From an uncultured Chlamydiae bacterium (GTDB lineage: Bacteria > Chlamydiota > Chlamydiia > Chlamydiales > Parachlamydiaceae): 64,000 bases of DNA. The notes under the pieces were generated by a model. That model made no database searches and was not told where the DNA came from. It was given only the letters and a program-made list of their open reading frames with translations. Both the position numbers and the translations under genes were made by a program. Below, one piece after another: positions 41,015-50,651 of the stretch; the stretch's first letter is position 1, and the number at the start of each line of letters is the position of its first letter. The DNA lies in assembly GCA_963830365.1 (NCBI GenBank), contig CAWHMU010000021.1, positions 1-64,000 of the forward strand. The letters are read 5' to 3'.

Positions 41015-42667
41015 ATGCCCATTCTTTCACGCAAAGCCAGGTTGGCAGCATGCTATAGCTCTATCGGCTTTCTGTTTTCAATGCTGCTGATACAGCCCGC
41101 CTCAGCAGAAGAAGCAAATACACAAAAAGCCAAAAAACCCAATATCATCATGATCATGACCGATGACGTCGGTTATGGCGATCTCGGCAGCTACGGCGGT
41201 GGCGAAAACCGCGGCTGCCTGACACCCCACCTGGACCGCATGGCGGCGGAAGGCTTGCGCTTCACAAACTACTATGGACAAGCCAGCTGCACGGCAGGCA
41301 GAGCCTCTTTCATCACCGGCCGCATCCCGCTGCGCACCGGCCTATCGACAGTGCTGGCGCCTGGCGACCTCAACGGCTTGAAGAAAGACGATCCAACCGT
41401 CGCCGAAGCTTTGCAAAAGCTTGGCTACCGCACAGCGCAATGGGGAAAATGGCATTTGGGCGACCGCCCCGAAAACTTCCCCACAGCCCATGGCTTTGAC
41501 GAGATGAAATATATGCTGCCGTACTATGCCGGCGTGTATGCTTACGACTATCTGCCGCTGCAGCCAGATTTTCCGGTGCACAACAAGGCCTTCATGGAAG
41601 TTTGGAATCAGCTGGACTTAAGCCAGTGGGAAGGCAAAGCCGGCCAAGACCCAAAGGTCATGAAGAAAAAATTCAGCTATGAAGATCTGGCGACAGTCGA
41701 CGACATCATCCGCGAAGATGCCGTTAAATACATCAAAGCGCACGCCAATGATGAAGACCCCTTCTTCATGTATGTATGCTTCATGAAAGTCCACAATCCA
41801 AACAACCCCTCTCCCCGCTTCAAAGGCAAATCGATGGGCGGCGGCAACTATCTGGATGCCCTGATGGAGCTGGATGACAATTCAGGACAGCTCCTGCAGG
41901 CAGTGCGCGAAGCTAAAATTGATAAAAACACGCTTGTCGTCTGGACCACCGACAATGGCGCCTGGATCGATGCCTGGCCGGACGCCGGCTACACCCCTTT
42001 CCGCGGCATGAAAGGCACAAGCTTCGAAGGGGGCTTCCGCTGCCCGGCAATTGTTTGGTGGCCCGGACATATCAAAGCCGGCAGCGTTGCCAACCAGATG
42101 ATGAGCCACATGGACTGGTGGCCGACATTTGTCAAATTGGCCGGCGGCACACCACCGACGCGCATCTGGAAGGACAATTTCGGCAAGGATATCGTCTTTG
42201 ACGGCATTGAAAACAGCGACTTCATCCTTGGCAAAGGCCCGTCAAAGCGCAACTCTTTCATCTATACCAACGACCTGTCATTTGGCGGCATCCGCGTGGA
42301 TAATTTCAAGATCCTCTATACTGCCAAAGACACCTGGCTGGGCCCTGAGTTGAACCTGGCCTTTCCGGCGGTATACAACCTGTGGTGGGATCCCGGCGAA
42401 TGCTACGACTGCTGTTTTAACGGCGCCGCTCCCACGCGCGGTGATCTGAAAACCTCACCCGGCAGATTCTCGGGCAGCGACCACGGCTGGATCGGCATCT
42501 TGACCCAACCTTATTTAGCACCGTTCTTTGAAGAACTCGTCAAATACCCGAACCGTCCCACTATCCCCTCGGCGGGATCGACAAACCAGCTGGTGGAACA
42601 GGTGAACAACCCGGCCCAACTAAAACGCCTGCTACTGCTTTTAGAGCCCTCATACCAAAACAAGTAG
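41015..42667 (+). CDS. Arylsulfatase family protein, exported
   Basis: PNIIMIMTDDVG, SCTAGRASF, GKWHLG, TDNG and KGTSFEGG motifs. Confidence 0.92.
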   Translation: MPILSRKARLAACYSSIGFLFSMLLIQPASAEEANTQKAKKPNIIMIMTDDVGYGDLGSYGGGENRGCLTPHLDRMAAEGLRFTNYYGQASCTAGRASFITGRIPLRTGLSTVLAPGDLNGLKKDDPTVAEALQKLGYRTAQWGKWHLGDRPENFPTAHGFDEMKYMLPYYAGVYAYDYLPLQPDFPVHNKAFMEVWNQLDLSQWEGKAGQDPKVMKKKFSYEDLATVDDIIREDAVKYIKAHANDEDPFFMYVCFMKVHNPNNPSPRFKGKSMGGGNYLDALMELDDNSGQLLQAVREAKIDKNTLVVWTTDNGAWIDAWPDAGYTPFRGMKGTSFEGGFRCPAIVWWPGHIKAGSVANQMMSHMDWWPTFVKLAGGTPPTRIWKDNFGKDIVFDGIENSDFILGKGPSKRNSFIYTNDLSFGGIRVDNFKILYTAKDTWLGPELNLAFPAVYNLWWDPGECYDCCFNGAAPTRGDLKTSPGRFSGSDHGWIGILTQPYLAPFFEELVKYPNRPTIPSAGSTNQLVEQVNNPAQLKRLLLLLEPSYQNK

Positions 42668-42680
42668 CTAAGGAAAATAT

Positions 42681-43688
42681 ATGTCATATCATAGAAACTC
42701 TCTAAAGCATCTCCTTGCCAGCATCCTACTATGTCTTGCGTTGTTTTCCCATCCGCTAGCTATGGCTGCTGATGACCCCCTCCCCTCCTGGCATGATGGC
42801 GTCGCCAAGCAGGCCATCTTGACTTTCGTCAACGAAACGACAGCCAAGGGCAGTCCGTCATTTATCCCTGCAGAAGACAGAATCGCCACCTTCGACCAGG
42901 ATGGCACGCTATGGGTGGAACAGCCGATCTATACCCAGATGGCCTACGCCTTTGAAGACATCAAAACACTGGCGCCAGCACATCCGGAATGGAGAGACAA
43001 AGAGCCCTTTAAAGCTATCCTGGCTGGCGATAAAAAAGCCATCGCCGACCTTAACGAGCATAGCATCGAAGAGATCATCGCCGTCACACATGCCGGCATG
43101 AGCATCGACAGCTTCCATCAAAGTGTCGCCCAATGGCTAAAAACAGCCCTCCACCCACGCTTTAAAAAGCTCTATACCGATCTCATCTACCAGCCCATGC
43201 TGGAAGTCATGCAGCTGCTGCGCACACACGGCTTCAAGGTCTATATCGTGTCTGGCGGCGGACAGGAATTCATCCGCGCCTACGGCGATAAAGTTTATGG
43301 CACGCCGCCCGAGCAGGTTATCGGCACGGCCGGCAAAATCAAATACGCATATCAAGATGGAAAGCCGGCATTGTTGAAACTGCCGGAAATACTGCTGATC
43401 GACAACTTTGCCGGCAAACCGGAAACCATCAACCTGATCATCGGCAAGCGCCCGGTTGCCGCCTTCGGCAATTCCGACGGCGACCGCCAAATGCTCGAAT
43501 GGACCCAAGGCGGCTCAGGTAAAAGACTTGAACTGCTAGTCAGCCATGACGATGCCGCGCGCGAATACGCCTACGGCGCAGACTCCAAAGTCGGCACCTT
43601 CTCCGACTCCCTAAAGGCCGAAGCCAAAAAGAAAGGCTGGATTGTCGTCAGTATGAAAAACGACTGGAAAGTTATCTTCCCAAAATAA
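42681..43688 (+). CDS. Exported HAD-family hydrolase / acid phosphatase
   Basis: Signal peptide; DPLPSW, FDQDGTLW, VSGGG and FGNSDGD motifs. Confidence 0.88.
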   Translation: MSYHRNSLKHLLASILLCLALFSHPLAMAADDPLPSWHDGVAKQAILTFVNETTAKGSPSFIPAEDRIATFDQDGTLWVEQPIYTQMAYAFEDIKTLAPAHPEWRDKEPFKAILAGDKKAIADLNEHSIEEIIAVTHAGMSIDSFHQSVAQWLKTALHPRFKKLYTDLIYQPMLEVMQLLRTHGFKVYIVSGGGQEFIRAYGDKVYGTPPEQVIGTAGKIKYAYQDGKPALLKLPEILLIDNFAGKPETINLIIGKRPVAAFGNSDGDRQMLEWTQGGSGKRLELLVSHDDAAREYAYGADSKVGTFSDSLKAEAKKKGWIVVSMKNDWKVIFPK

Positions 43689-43691
43689 AAA

Positions 43692-43721
43692 AACTCACCG
43701 CCCCTTGCGGGGCGGTGAGTT
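43692..43721. terminator. Hairpin terminator between convergent genes
   Basis: AACTCACCGCCCC-TTGC-GGGGCGGTGAGTT with an upstream A run. Confidence 0.8.
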
Positions 43722-43763
43722 AGACTTGGTATGGTCGCTTAACTTAGACTTCAATCTCAACTT

Positions 43764-44699
43764 TTAAGCGGCTCTGAGCGCGGCCGGGACTGAGCGGACT
43801 TGGGCTGGAGACGGATACGACATGTAGAAGACACCGCCTGCCAAGGCCAGTTTTTTTGCCGCCAGCCAGCATTTTCCGGCTTTATGACTCAGCCAGTTTT
43901 CCGACTTTATATTTACGACATTTTTTTCAGTCGTAACTATTTTTTTAGGCACACTCAGTACATCATGGCAAGCACTGATAGTCAGACCGATACTGGCCGC
44001 AATACCAACGACGGCGGTATTGTTTTTTACCGTTTCAATTGTCCAGCTTACCATTCCGGGGAGTGTGCTTGCAGCCACTTTACCTACCTTATAGGCGACA
44101 CCCGCAGCGGTCGATGCCGCCGAATGGGCCGCATCGCACGTCAATTCAGAAATACTTCTTAAAGTCACCCCTTCGGCTGCAGCCATATAACCGCTAACCG
44201 TGCTTACTTTGCTCATGGCTCCAGCTGCTACCGTTACAGGCAGTAATAATTTACCGGTGGCTGTCCAGAGCTCTTTTACTGCGTCGCCAATCCTTTCGCC
44301 TAATGCTTTATCTTCATGAACCACCACGGTAGCACCATTGATCACGATTTCTTTAGTCTTCGTGCCTGCCGATAGATTATGACAGGCGCTTTCCAAATTG
44401 TTGATCCCCAGCACAAATTTGGCCGCACTAGCCGTATTGGATACAGCCCCAGAAGCTAAATCACATGCGCCACCAACCACACCTCTTACAGCACCCTTTG
44501 CCATATTTAAGGGCAAGCTGGCCACGGCCCCTAAAACGCCAACTGAAGCTGCAGCGGTTTTCTTTGTTATGAAATAGCCGGCAGCCGCTGTATTTCTTAC
44601 CATAGCCCCGGTCGCTCTTACCGCTAAAGAGGTGGCATTCACTGTTTGTCTGGCCAAGAAGCTCGACGGAGTAGTAACTATAGATCTTAGAGAAACCAC
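43764..44699 (-). CDS. Ala/Thr/Val-rich hypothetical protein, putative secreted effector
   Basis: GTG start after AAGGAG; low-complexity amphipathic and hydrophobic helices. Confidence 0.65.
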   Translation of the reverse strand: MVSLRSIVTTPSSFLARQTVNATSLAVRATGAMVRNTAAAGYFITKKTAAASVGVLGAVASLPLNMAKGAVRGVVGGACDLASGAVSNTASAAKFVLGINNLESACHNLSAGTKTKEIVINGATVVVHEDKALGERIGDAVKELWTATGKLLLPVTVAAGAMSKVSTVSGYMAAAEGVTLRSISELTCDAAHSAASTAAGVAYKVGKVAASTLPGMVSWTIETVKNNTAVVGIAASIGLTISACHDVLSVPKKIVTTEKNVVNIKSENWLSHKAGKCWLAAKKLALAGGVFYMSYPSPAQVRSVPAALRAA

Positions 44700-44755
44700 A
44701 TAAACTCCTTTTATTAATTTTATATTTATATTTATATTATCAGTTCGTAAAATCA

Positions 44756-44792
44756 ATTATAGCAAACAAATATAAAGAATTGATAAATATAC
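44756..44792 (-). promoter_or_regulatory. Candidate promoter TATATTT-ATCAAT-17nt-TATAAT
   Basis: Aligns with 9378-9414 and 12212-12248. Confidence 0.55.
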
Positions 44793-44817
44793 ATATTTTT
44801 TTAAATTATTTTAATGT

Positions 44818-45315
44818 GGGTCATCACACAAATGATTGGTTGACAGAGATGACTACTCAAGAACTTATGACGTGAAAGGACTTTGAGGGTTGGGGTCAGG
44901 CTTGTGATTTGTGATTTTAAAATCCTAAATACATTAGAAAGCCCGACTCATTTCAAATCGCAAATCGCAAGCCTGACCTCAATCCGTTCAGCCAAAGCCT
45001 ACATTATGAGTTTTTGAGGTTCATCCGGTTTTATAGGACCCACCTAGAAAAGGATGCATAGAAATGGGGAAATGTAGGTAACACATCGGAGCAAAAATAA
45101 CAGGATATTAGGATGGACAGGATGAAAGATTTAAACTTTAGTTTGTCAACTTTGCGATTTACGTAGGTCTTGGGTGATCATCCTATTTTTCATATCCTGA
45201 CCATCGTAATATCCTGTTATTTTTGCTTGCGCTTTTCTCTTTACAAGTTCTGCAAAACCGGAAGAACCGTTTTTGAGATGTTAGCTCTGTCAACCAATCG
45301 TTTGTGTGATGACCC
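44818..45315. mobile_element. 498-bp composite MITE (copy 2), with an extra right end at 45376
   Basis: Near-identical to 2614-3111; inner element 45018-45268 flanked by GTTTTTGA on both sides. Confidence 0.85.
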
Positions 45316-45969
45316 ATGCTTCAAACTTCGACTATACAATTTACACAAACTCAACCACTCATTTGTGTGATGAACCAAAAATTTGAATAGTTTTTCAAAG
45401 ATTATATCAAATTTTTCTAATAAAAATGGCTGGGTGGACTGGCCGCGATGAATGAAAGAATGCAATATGCTGACTTTGCAGCGTAAACTGCAGATATGCA
45501 AGCTTCGACGCAGACCAGACGTCAAATTCTCACAAAATCACGCAATAAACTGCACACGGTCTAATTCTGCATAAAAAAATATGCATTACCTAACCTGATT
45601 GAGCCTAGAAACGGCAGTTGCGCTGGGAAAATCTGCCGTTTCTAGGTTGAATGAAGCCTTGGTAGCTAAAAAGGCATCTGGGAGAAATACGAAAAATCGT
45701 TTGGATTTTGAAGCCGGCGTATTGGGGGCTGTGGCCTTCTACTAGGTATTTGCACTTGCATGCCGCCTATAGTTAGCGTAACAGCCTAAAGTGGTCCCCT
45801 TTGTCTAGACAAAAAATGGGAAAAGTTAAGCTAATAACCTCAAGTTTTTGTTGTTCTTGCAGCTAAAGGGGGAGTTTGAGGGGGCTTGCCCCCTCAAGTT
45901 CCTTTAAAAATCAAGGTAATCCAAGTCCAACGAAGGCGGAAGGGGGGTAAGGGGGCTTGCCCCCTTTTC

Positions 45970-46812
45970 CTAAAGGCTCTGCCTAGAAAAATACACCTCC
46001 GCAGGCGTTTTATAACCCAGTCCTTGGTGTGGCCTGCTCTCGTTGTAAAACTTAAAATAACTCTTAAGTCCATTACGGACATCTTTTAAGCTTTCATACC
46101 CTTTTGGATAAATCTCTTCATACTTCACGCTTCTCCAGAGCCTTTCAATAAACACATTATCAAGGGCTCTGCCTTTTCCATCCATACTGATTCTGACTCC
46201 GCCTGCTTCTAATCTCTCTACAAACCGACAGCAGGTGAATTGAACTCCTTGGTCTGTGTTGAATATCTCAGGACTAGCTCGAGAAAGCCCTCTTTCTAAT
46301 GCATTAATGCAAAATTCCGCATCCAGCAGATTCGAAAGTTCCCATTCGATCACATACCTGCTAAACCAATCGATGATCGCAAAAAGGTATCCAAATCCTT
46401 TCAACAAAGGAACGTAGGTGATATCTGCAGCCCATGCCAAATCGGGTTTATCTACTACAATCCCTCTTAGTAGGTAAGGAAACTTTTTATGCTCCTTATT
46501 TGCCGCACTCAGATTGGGCTTGGGATAGATTGCTTCTAAACCCATTGTCTGCATCGCCGTTCGAATCCTTTTTCCTCCTACAAAAAAACCTTGAGCTCTC
46601 ATTGCTATCGTCATCCGTCTTCTTCCATAGAAGGGAGTTTGAAGATATTGTTCATCAATAGCCCGCATGAGTGCCAAATCTTCCTCGTTGGGCTGTTTGG
46701 CCTTATAATACAACCCAGATCGTGACATTCCAAGCAAATGACACTGACTTGATAGCGACAACTTCTTATGATCTGGCTCTATTAGAAGTCGTCGAGAATT
46801 TAAGTCAAACAT
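45970..46812 (-). CDS. IS3 transposase OrfB (DDE)
   Basis: WAADITY, FNTDQGVQF, DNVFIERLWRSVKYE and YNESRPHQGL motifs. Confidence 0.95.
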   Translation of the reverse strand: MFDLNSRRLLIEPDHKKLSLSSQCHLLGMSRSGLYYKAKQPNEEDLALMRAIDEQYLQTPFYGRRRMTIAMRAQGFFVGGKRIRTAMQTMGLEAIYPKPNLSAANKEHKKFPYLLRGIVVDKPDLAWAADITYVPLLKGFGYLFAIIDWFSRYVIEWELSNLLDAEFCINALERGLSRASPEIFNTDQGVQFTCCRFVERLEAGGVRISMDGKGRALDNVFIERLWRSVKYEEIYPKGYESLKDVRNGLKSYFKFYNESRPHQGLGYKTPAEVYFSRQSL

Positions 46813-47099
46813 CCTAACTTTTTTTTAAGCCACTCCACCTCCATTTTAAGACGTCCGATTTGCTCGAAAAGTTCTGCCTTTTCTTTAACTTCCTGTGCTG
46901 TCCCAGTCATCTTGCTCGGTTTTTCAAATACAGTTGTGGCAGTTGATAAAAAGTGTTTTTTCCACTCCGACAACACGATAGGATGCACTCCCAGTTCACC
47001 GGATAATTGACTTGCAGTCTTTTCTCCCTTCAAAATCTCAAGCACGGCTTTGACTTTAAATTCTGGGGGATATTTTTTTCTTGTTCGGCTCATTTTCAC
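46800..47099 (-). CDS. IS3 transposase OrfA (HTH)
   Basis: RKKYPPEFKVKAVLE...LFEQIGRLKMEVEWLKKK. Confidence 0.93.
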   Translation of the reverse strand: MKMSRTRKKYPPEFKVKAVLEILKGEKTASQLSGELGVHPIVLSEWKKHFLSTATTVFEKPSKMTGTAQEVKEKAELFEQIGRLKMEVEWLKKKLGCLT

Positions 47100-47340
47100 C
47101 TCTTTTCTTAAAGAGGGTATTAGCTTAGACCATTGTCCAAATTTCCGGGACCATTATAGCCGGCAATTGCGCAATCATACCTCCCAAGCTGAATGTACGA
47201 CCCCTCATCTGCAAAGACGCACATTTCTGTTCAGCTTGCCAGGATATTTCTGTCCCTGATAAATACTTACCGCCGCAGCTTTGATTGACATAAGGAATCT
47301 GATTGTTGGCATAGTTAGCTTGACATGAAGACATAAAAAA

Positions 47341-47879
47341 GGTTCATCGCACAATCGCGTACCTCCCCATATGTAAACTAATGGAGGATGTTAAATAAAT
47401 CATACATAATGGCAAATTGCGCATTCGATCCTGTGAAGGAAGGATTTGAGTTGGCACTGTCATACAAGAGATAGGGCACAAGCCATGAGAACATTTTTAC
47501 AGCCTCGATAGAGGCGAAAGCATGTAGCCACATGCGTCAGCGTGTGGTAATCGCATGTTTAGAAACAAAGCCGTGAATACGGCGGCAGCAATGACTAAAG
47601 GATAGTATATACTATAATAATTGCATCTAATTCAGCTTCCATCGAAATTGCTGTCGCCGTATTCACGGCTCTCTTTATACTACATCTTATTCCATAGGTT
47701 GACACCTATGGCTACATGCTTCCGCCTCTATCGAGGCTAACTAGACCTTCTGTGCTAGAATGCCGATTTGTTTCAAAGAGAACATTACAAATAGATCATC
47801 ACTTCTCATATTTCAACCATCAATTACTAGGGCTTTTTGACGAATCATCATGGGCAGGTACTCATTTGTGCGATGAACC
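47341..47879. mobile_element. Family-A MITE carrying a REP-like palindrome (47501-47738)
   Basis: Ends GGTTCATCGCACAA...TTGTGCGATGAACC; 8-bp duplication ATAAAAAA on both sides. Confidence 0.8.
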
Positions 47880-48124
47880 ATAAAAAACTCTTTTAATTGT
47901 GTTTTAAAAATGGTAGTTTTATATAAACGCCAATAAAATAACAATCAGTACTTTTCACGATGCTGTGGCAACTTAAAATGGCAGGTTGACGAAATGCGAA
48001 AAACCCGGCTCAGAAAAATCCGTTGCCTTGTTTTCGATTTCGGCATGGTTTCTCGATTCTTGAAATAAGACATATACCGTGATCTAGTGAGAATTTGACA
48101 TATTGGACTGCGCGAAAGCTCGAT

Positions 48125-48280
48125 TTCCCTTCTATTAGCCTCTGTGTCTCTGTGCCGGTGCGATCGGCGTCTCGGTGAAGTTTTTCTTAACACATTGATT
48201 AATAACATTATACCACCAGCACAAGCAGCTTTCACCACAGAGTACAGAAAATGTCTGAAAAACCTCATGAGTACTCATCT
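48125..48280. repeat. Partial family-A MITE body
   Basis: TTGATTAATAACATTATACCACCAGCA...TTTCACCACAGAG...AAAACCTCATG as in 9432-9632. Confidence 0.65.
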
Positions 48281-48553
48281 GAGGGAGTTGCATGTGTGAA
48301 AAAGTGCGCATATACACGCCTACGAATTGGGTGGATTTTAGAAAAAGAGAAAGTGCTGACGGAGTATGGACCCCATGCCCCATGTCAATCATAGGTATGG
48401 TTAAAATGGGGCATCCCAAGGATTTTTAAAAGCTTTTCCGGCCTAGCCAAGCGTCCACCTCTCCACTAACTGTGCGTTAGAGAGGGTGGAATTGCTACGA
48501 TGCAAAAAAGCTGCTAACTGCTAACGCTGGCTATATCGTCTAAGGCTTTTAGC

Positions 48554-48775
48554 TTATTTCAAGCGCAAAGCATATGGCAACAGCAACAGCCAGGCATGCG
48601 CTGGCGTTTCGGCTGGTGTGTGGTTAACTTTTTCGGCAGCCGTGCTTATGAGGCTCTTAAAAAAGGCCACGACTTGATCTGCCCATGAGACAAGCGTTTT
48701 AAATGAATCGGGAAAGAACATCCAGATCAAATAAAAAAGGATTCCGAAAAAGAAAAAATTCAAAATAAATCTCAT
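48554..48775 (-). CDS. Small membrane protein
   Basis: GGAG RBS; N-terminal TM segment. Confidence 0.6.
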   Translation of the reverse strand: MRFILNFFFFGILFYLIWMFFPDSFKTLVSWADQVVAFFKSLISTAAEKVNHTPAETPAHAWLLLLPYALRLK

Positions 48776-48897
48776 AATCCACTCCTCTTATCATCTATGA
48801 TCAATATATGGCGGACCCAGTAGAGCCGGCAGCATACACCCATCTTTGCAACATAGCAGACCATTCAAATTAAATAAATAGCTATAGGCATTAATTT

Positions 48898-49551
48898 TTA
48901 CTTTTCGCTTTTGCTTTTTTCAAACGAGGGGCTTAACTGCTTCTGCAAACGGCTTAAGACGACCAGCAGCAAGATGGAAGGCAGGAACAAAAGCACGAGA
49001 ATTGCCAGTATAACAATCATGAAAATACTGCGATTCCCCTGCAAGTTATTGAGTTTGCTTACCAGCGCCGTTGAGTCTGCGATGGCTTTGGCATTTTGAT
49101 TGATGGCGGAAGTAGTCTCTTCTATCGCCCGCTTATTGGCTTCAATCGCCGTCTGGTTATCCATGATGGCTTTCGTCGTTCTTTCCACAGCCAAGCGGTT
49201 TAAACGAATTGCTTTTGAACTCTGTTCAACCACCTGTTGGTTGCCGCGAATGGAATCGGTACTGGCAGATACCACGGCGCTGTTGTTTTGAATGGCTTGT
49301 GAAGCTTTTTGCACCACCTGACCATTATTGCTGATCAATTGAGAGCTTGTCTGCACAGCCTGCATATTTGATTGGATAGCCTGCGTGGTAGATTGAATGG
49401 CGTGCGCATTTTCCGTAATCCCTGCAGTGCTCAATTCCACGGCTTGCAGGTTATTCTCGATGGCATCGGTGCTCTTCTGCATCTTTTCAACCAAGCCGCA
49501 TCCTGTCAGCAACGGCAGCGCCAACAGCATCATCCAATATTTTGATCTCAT
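48898..49551 (-). CDS. Lipoprotein with 14-residue coiled-coil repeats and C-terminal TM helix
   Basis: LLTGC lipobox; (S/T)TxAIxxNxxA(V/I)xx repeats; IFMIVILAILVLLFLPSILLLVVL. Confidence 0.75.
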   Translation of the reverse strand: MRSKYWMMLLALPLLTGCGLVEKMQKSTDAIENNLQAVELSTAGITENAHAIQSTTQAIQSNMQAVQTSSQLISNNGQVVQKASQAIQNNSAVVSASTDSIRGNQQVVEQSSKAIRLNRLAVERTTKAIMDNQTAIEANKRAIEETTSAINQNAKAIADSTALVSKLNNLQGNRSIFMIVILAILVLLFLPSILLLVVLSRLQKQLSPSFEKSKSEK

Positions 49552-49906
49552 TTTCAAATATCTAACGTCGTTCATCTTTGCCTGCATTGTTTAATCATAA
49601 AAAAAGCACTATAAACTTATAAGGAAAAGAGATCTCTAAAAAAATGCAATTTCCCCAATCTGGAAGTAAAAACTGCGCGCCTTGCATCACGATATGATGC
49701 GATAGTTAAGTCCCTTTACACTCCAAGCCTGCATCCTAAACCCCATCAAAATGTTAAACATTTACTGCTAAGCCTCTTGGAATTGGTCATATTTGCAACC
49801 CATGGTCTAGCGTCAATGATGCAGAACATGGATCACAATGAAAAACAATTCAGCCTCAGCGGGTCGCTATGATTCCTTCGCTTGTATAAGCAAAAATCTG
49901 AGAATG

Positions 49907-50076
49907 TATACCACACGCGGCTAGGTTTGGCGATTTTCGGCAACGCCAAACCTAGCCGCGCGTAGTATAGTTATAACGCCCCCTTGGGGCTTGTTTTCTT
50001 AATATAATGACACCCATGGTTTGCGCCGTTGGCGTTACACCATGGGCGATACATATGGCCGCTCGCTAAGGAGCTT
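49907..50076. repeat. Palindrome plus REP-like element
   Basis: CGCGGCTAGGTTTGGCG ... CGCCAAACCTAGCCGCG; CCCATGGT...ACCATGGG. Confidence 0.6.
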
Positions 50077-50191
50077 AGTACCATTGCCGGCATCAACATT
50101 CGATTTTGGAAAATTGAGGCCGGCTGCAGTATAACCTTAGGGGAATAGGATGCTGGCCCGAGACCATACCCTTGCCAGAATTCTAAAATGC

Positions 50192-50455
50192 CTAAGATTT
50201 AGTTTCATTCTCTGATGAAGATACATCGGAAGATTCTGTCGGTGCATGAAATGTTTTACCAGTAGAGGAGATGACATTGCCGAAAGTACGCTCGATGAGG
50301 TTTGGACCTGCCGGGGCATTCAGCCATTTGGCTGTGATTTTGTGCTTCCCTGTTGAACGCTTTCCTTCCGGGGTTTCTTTCAGCAAGCAGCAGCTTTTGT
50401 ATTTCTTTCCCGAGCCACAGGGGCAAGGATCATTTCGTCCAGGTTTCTTATGCAT
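50192..50455 (-). CDS. SEC-C motif protein
   Basis: [19 protein letters not shown]. Confidence 0.85.
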   Translation of the reverse strand: MHKKPGRNDPCPCGSGKKYKSCCLLKETPEGKRSTGKHKITAKWLNAPAGPNLIERTFGNVISSTGKTFHAPTESSDVSSSENETKS

Positions 50456-50651
50456 AAATCGCCCTCTCAAAAAAGTAGTCTTTCTACACCACGCGAGGTA
50501 TAGATTTCATATATCATTAGATAATTAATTATTTATCACGCATACATTTTAAATGCAAACTCGAGATAAAGTAAAGCATAAGCCATACCCCATTACCCAG
50601 ATTCAGTAATTTTTCTTTGACAAAGTGCCTATTTCCATCTACGTTGGGGTT

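Larger units (their letters stand above)
45787..47158 (-). mobile_element. IS3 family insertion sequence
   Basis: Imperfect TIRs TAAAGTGGTCCC.../TATAATGGTCCC...; 3-bp GCC direct repeat; orfA/orfB with A8G slip site at 46818-46826. Confidence 0.92.
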
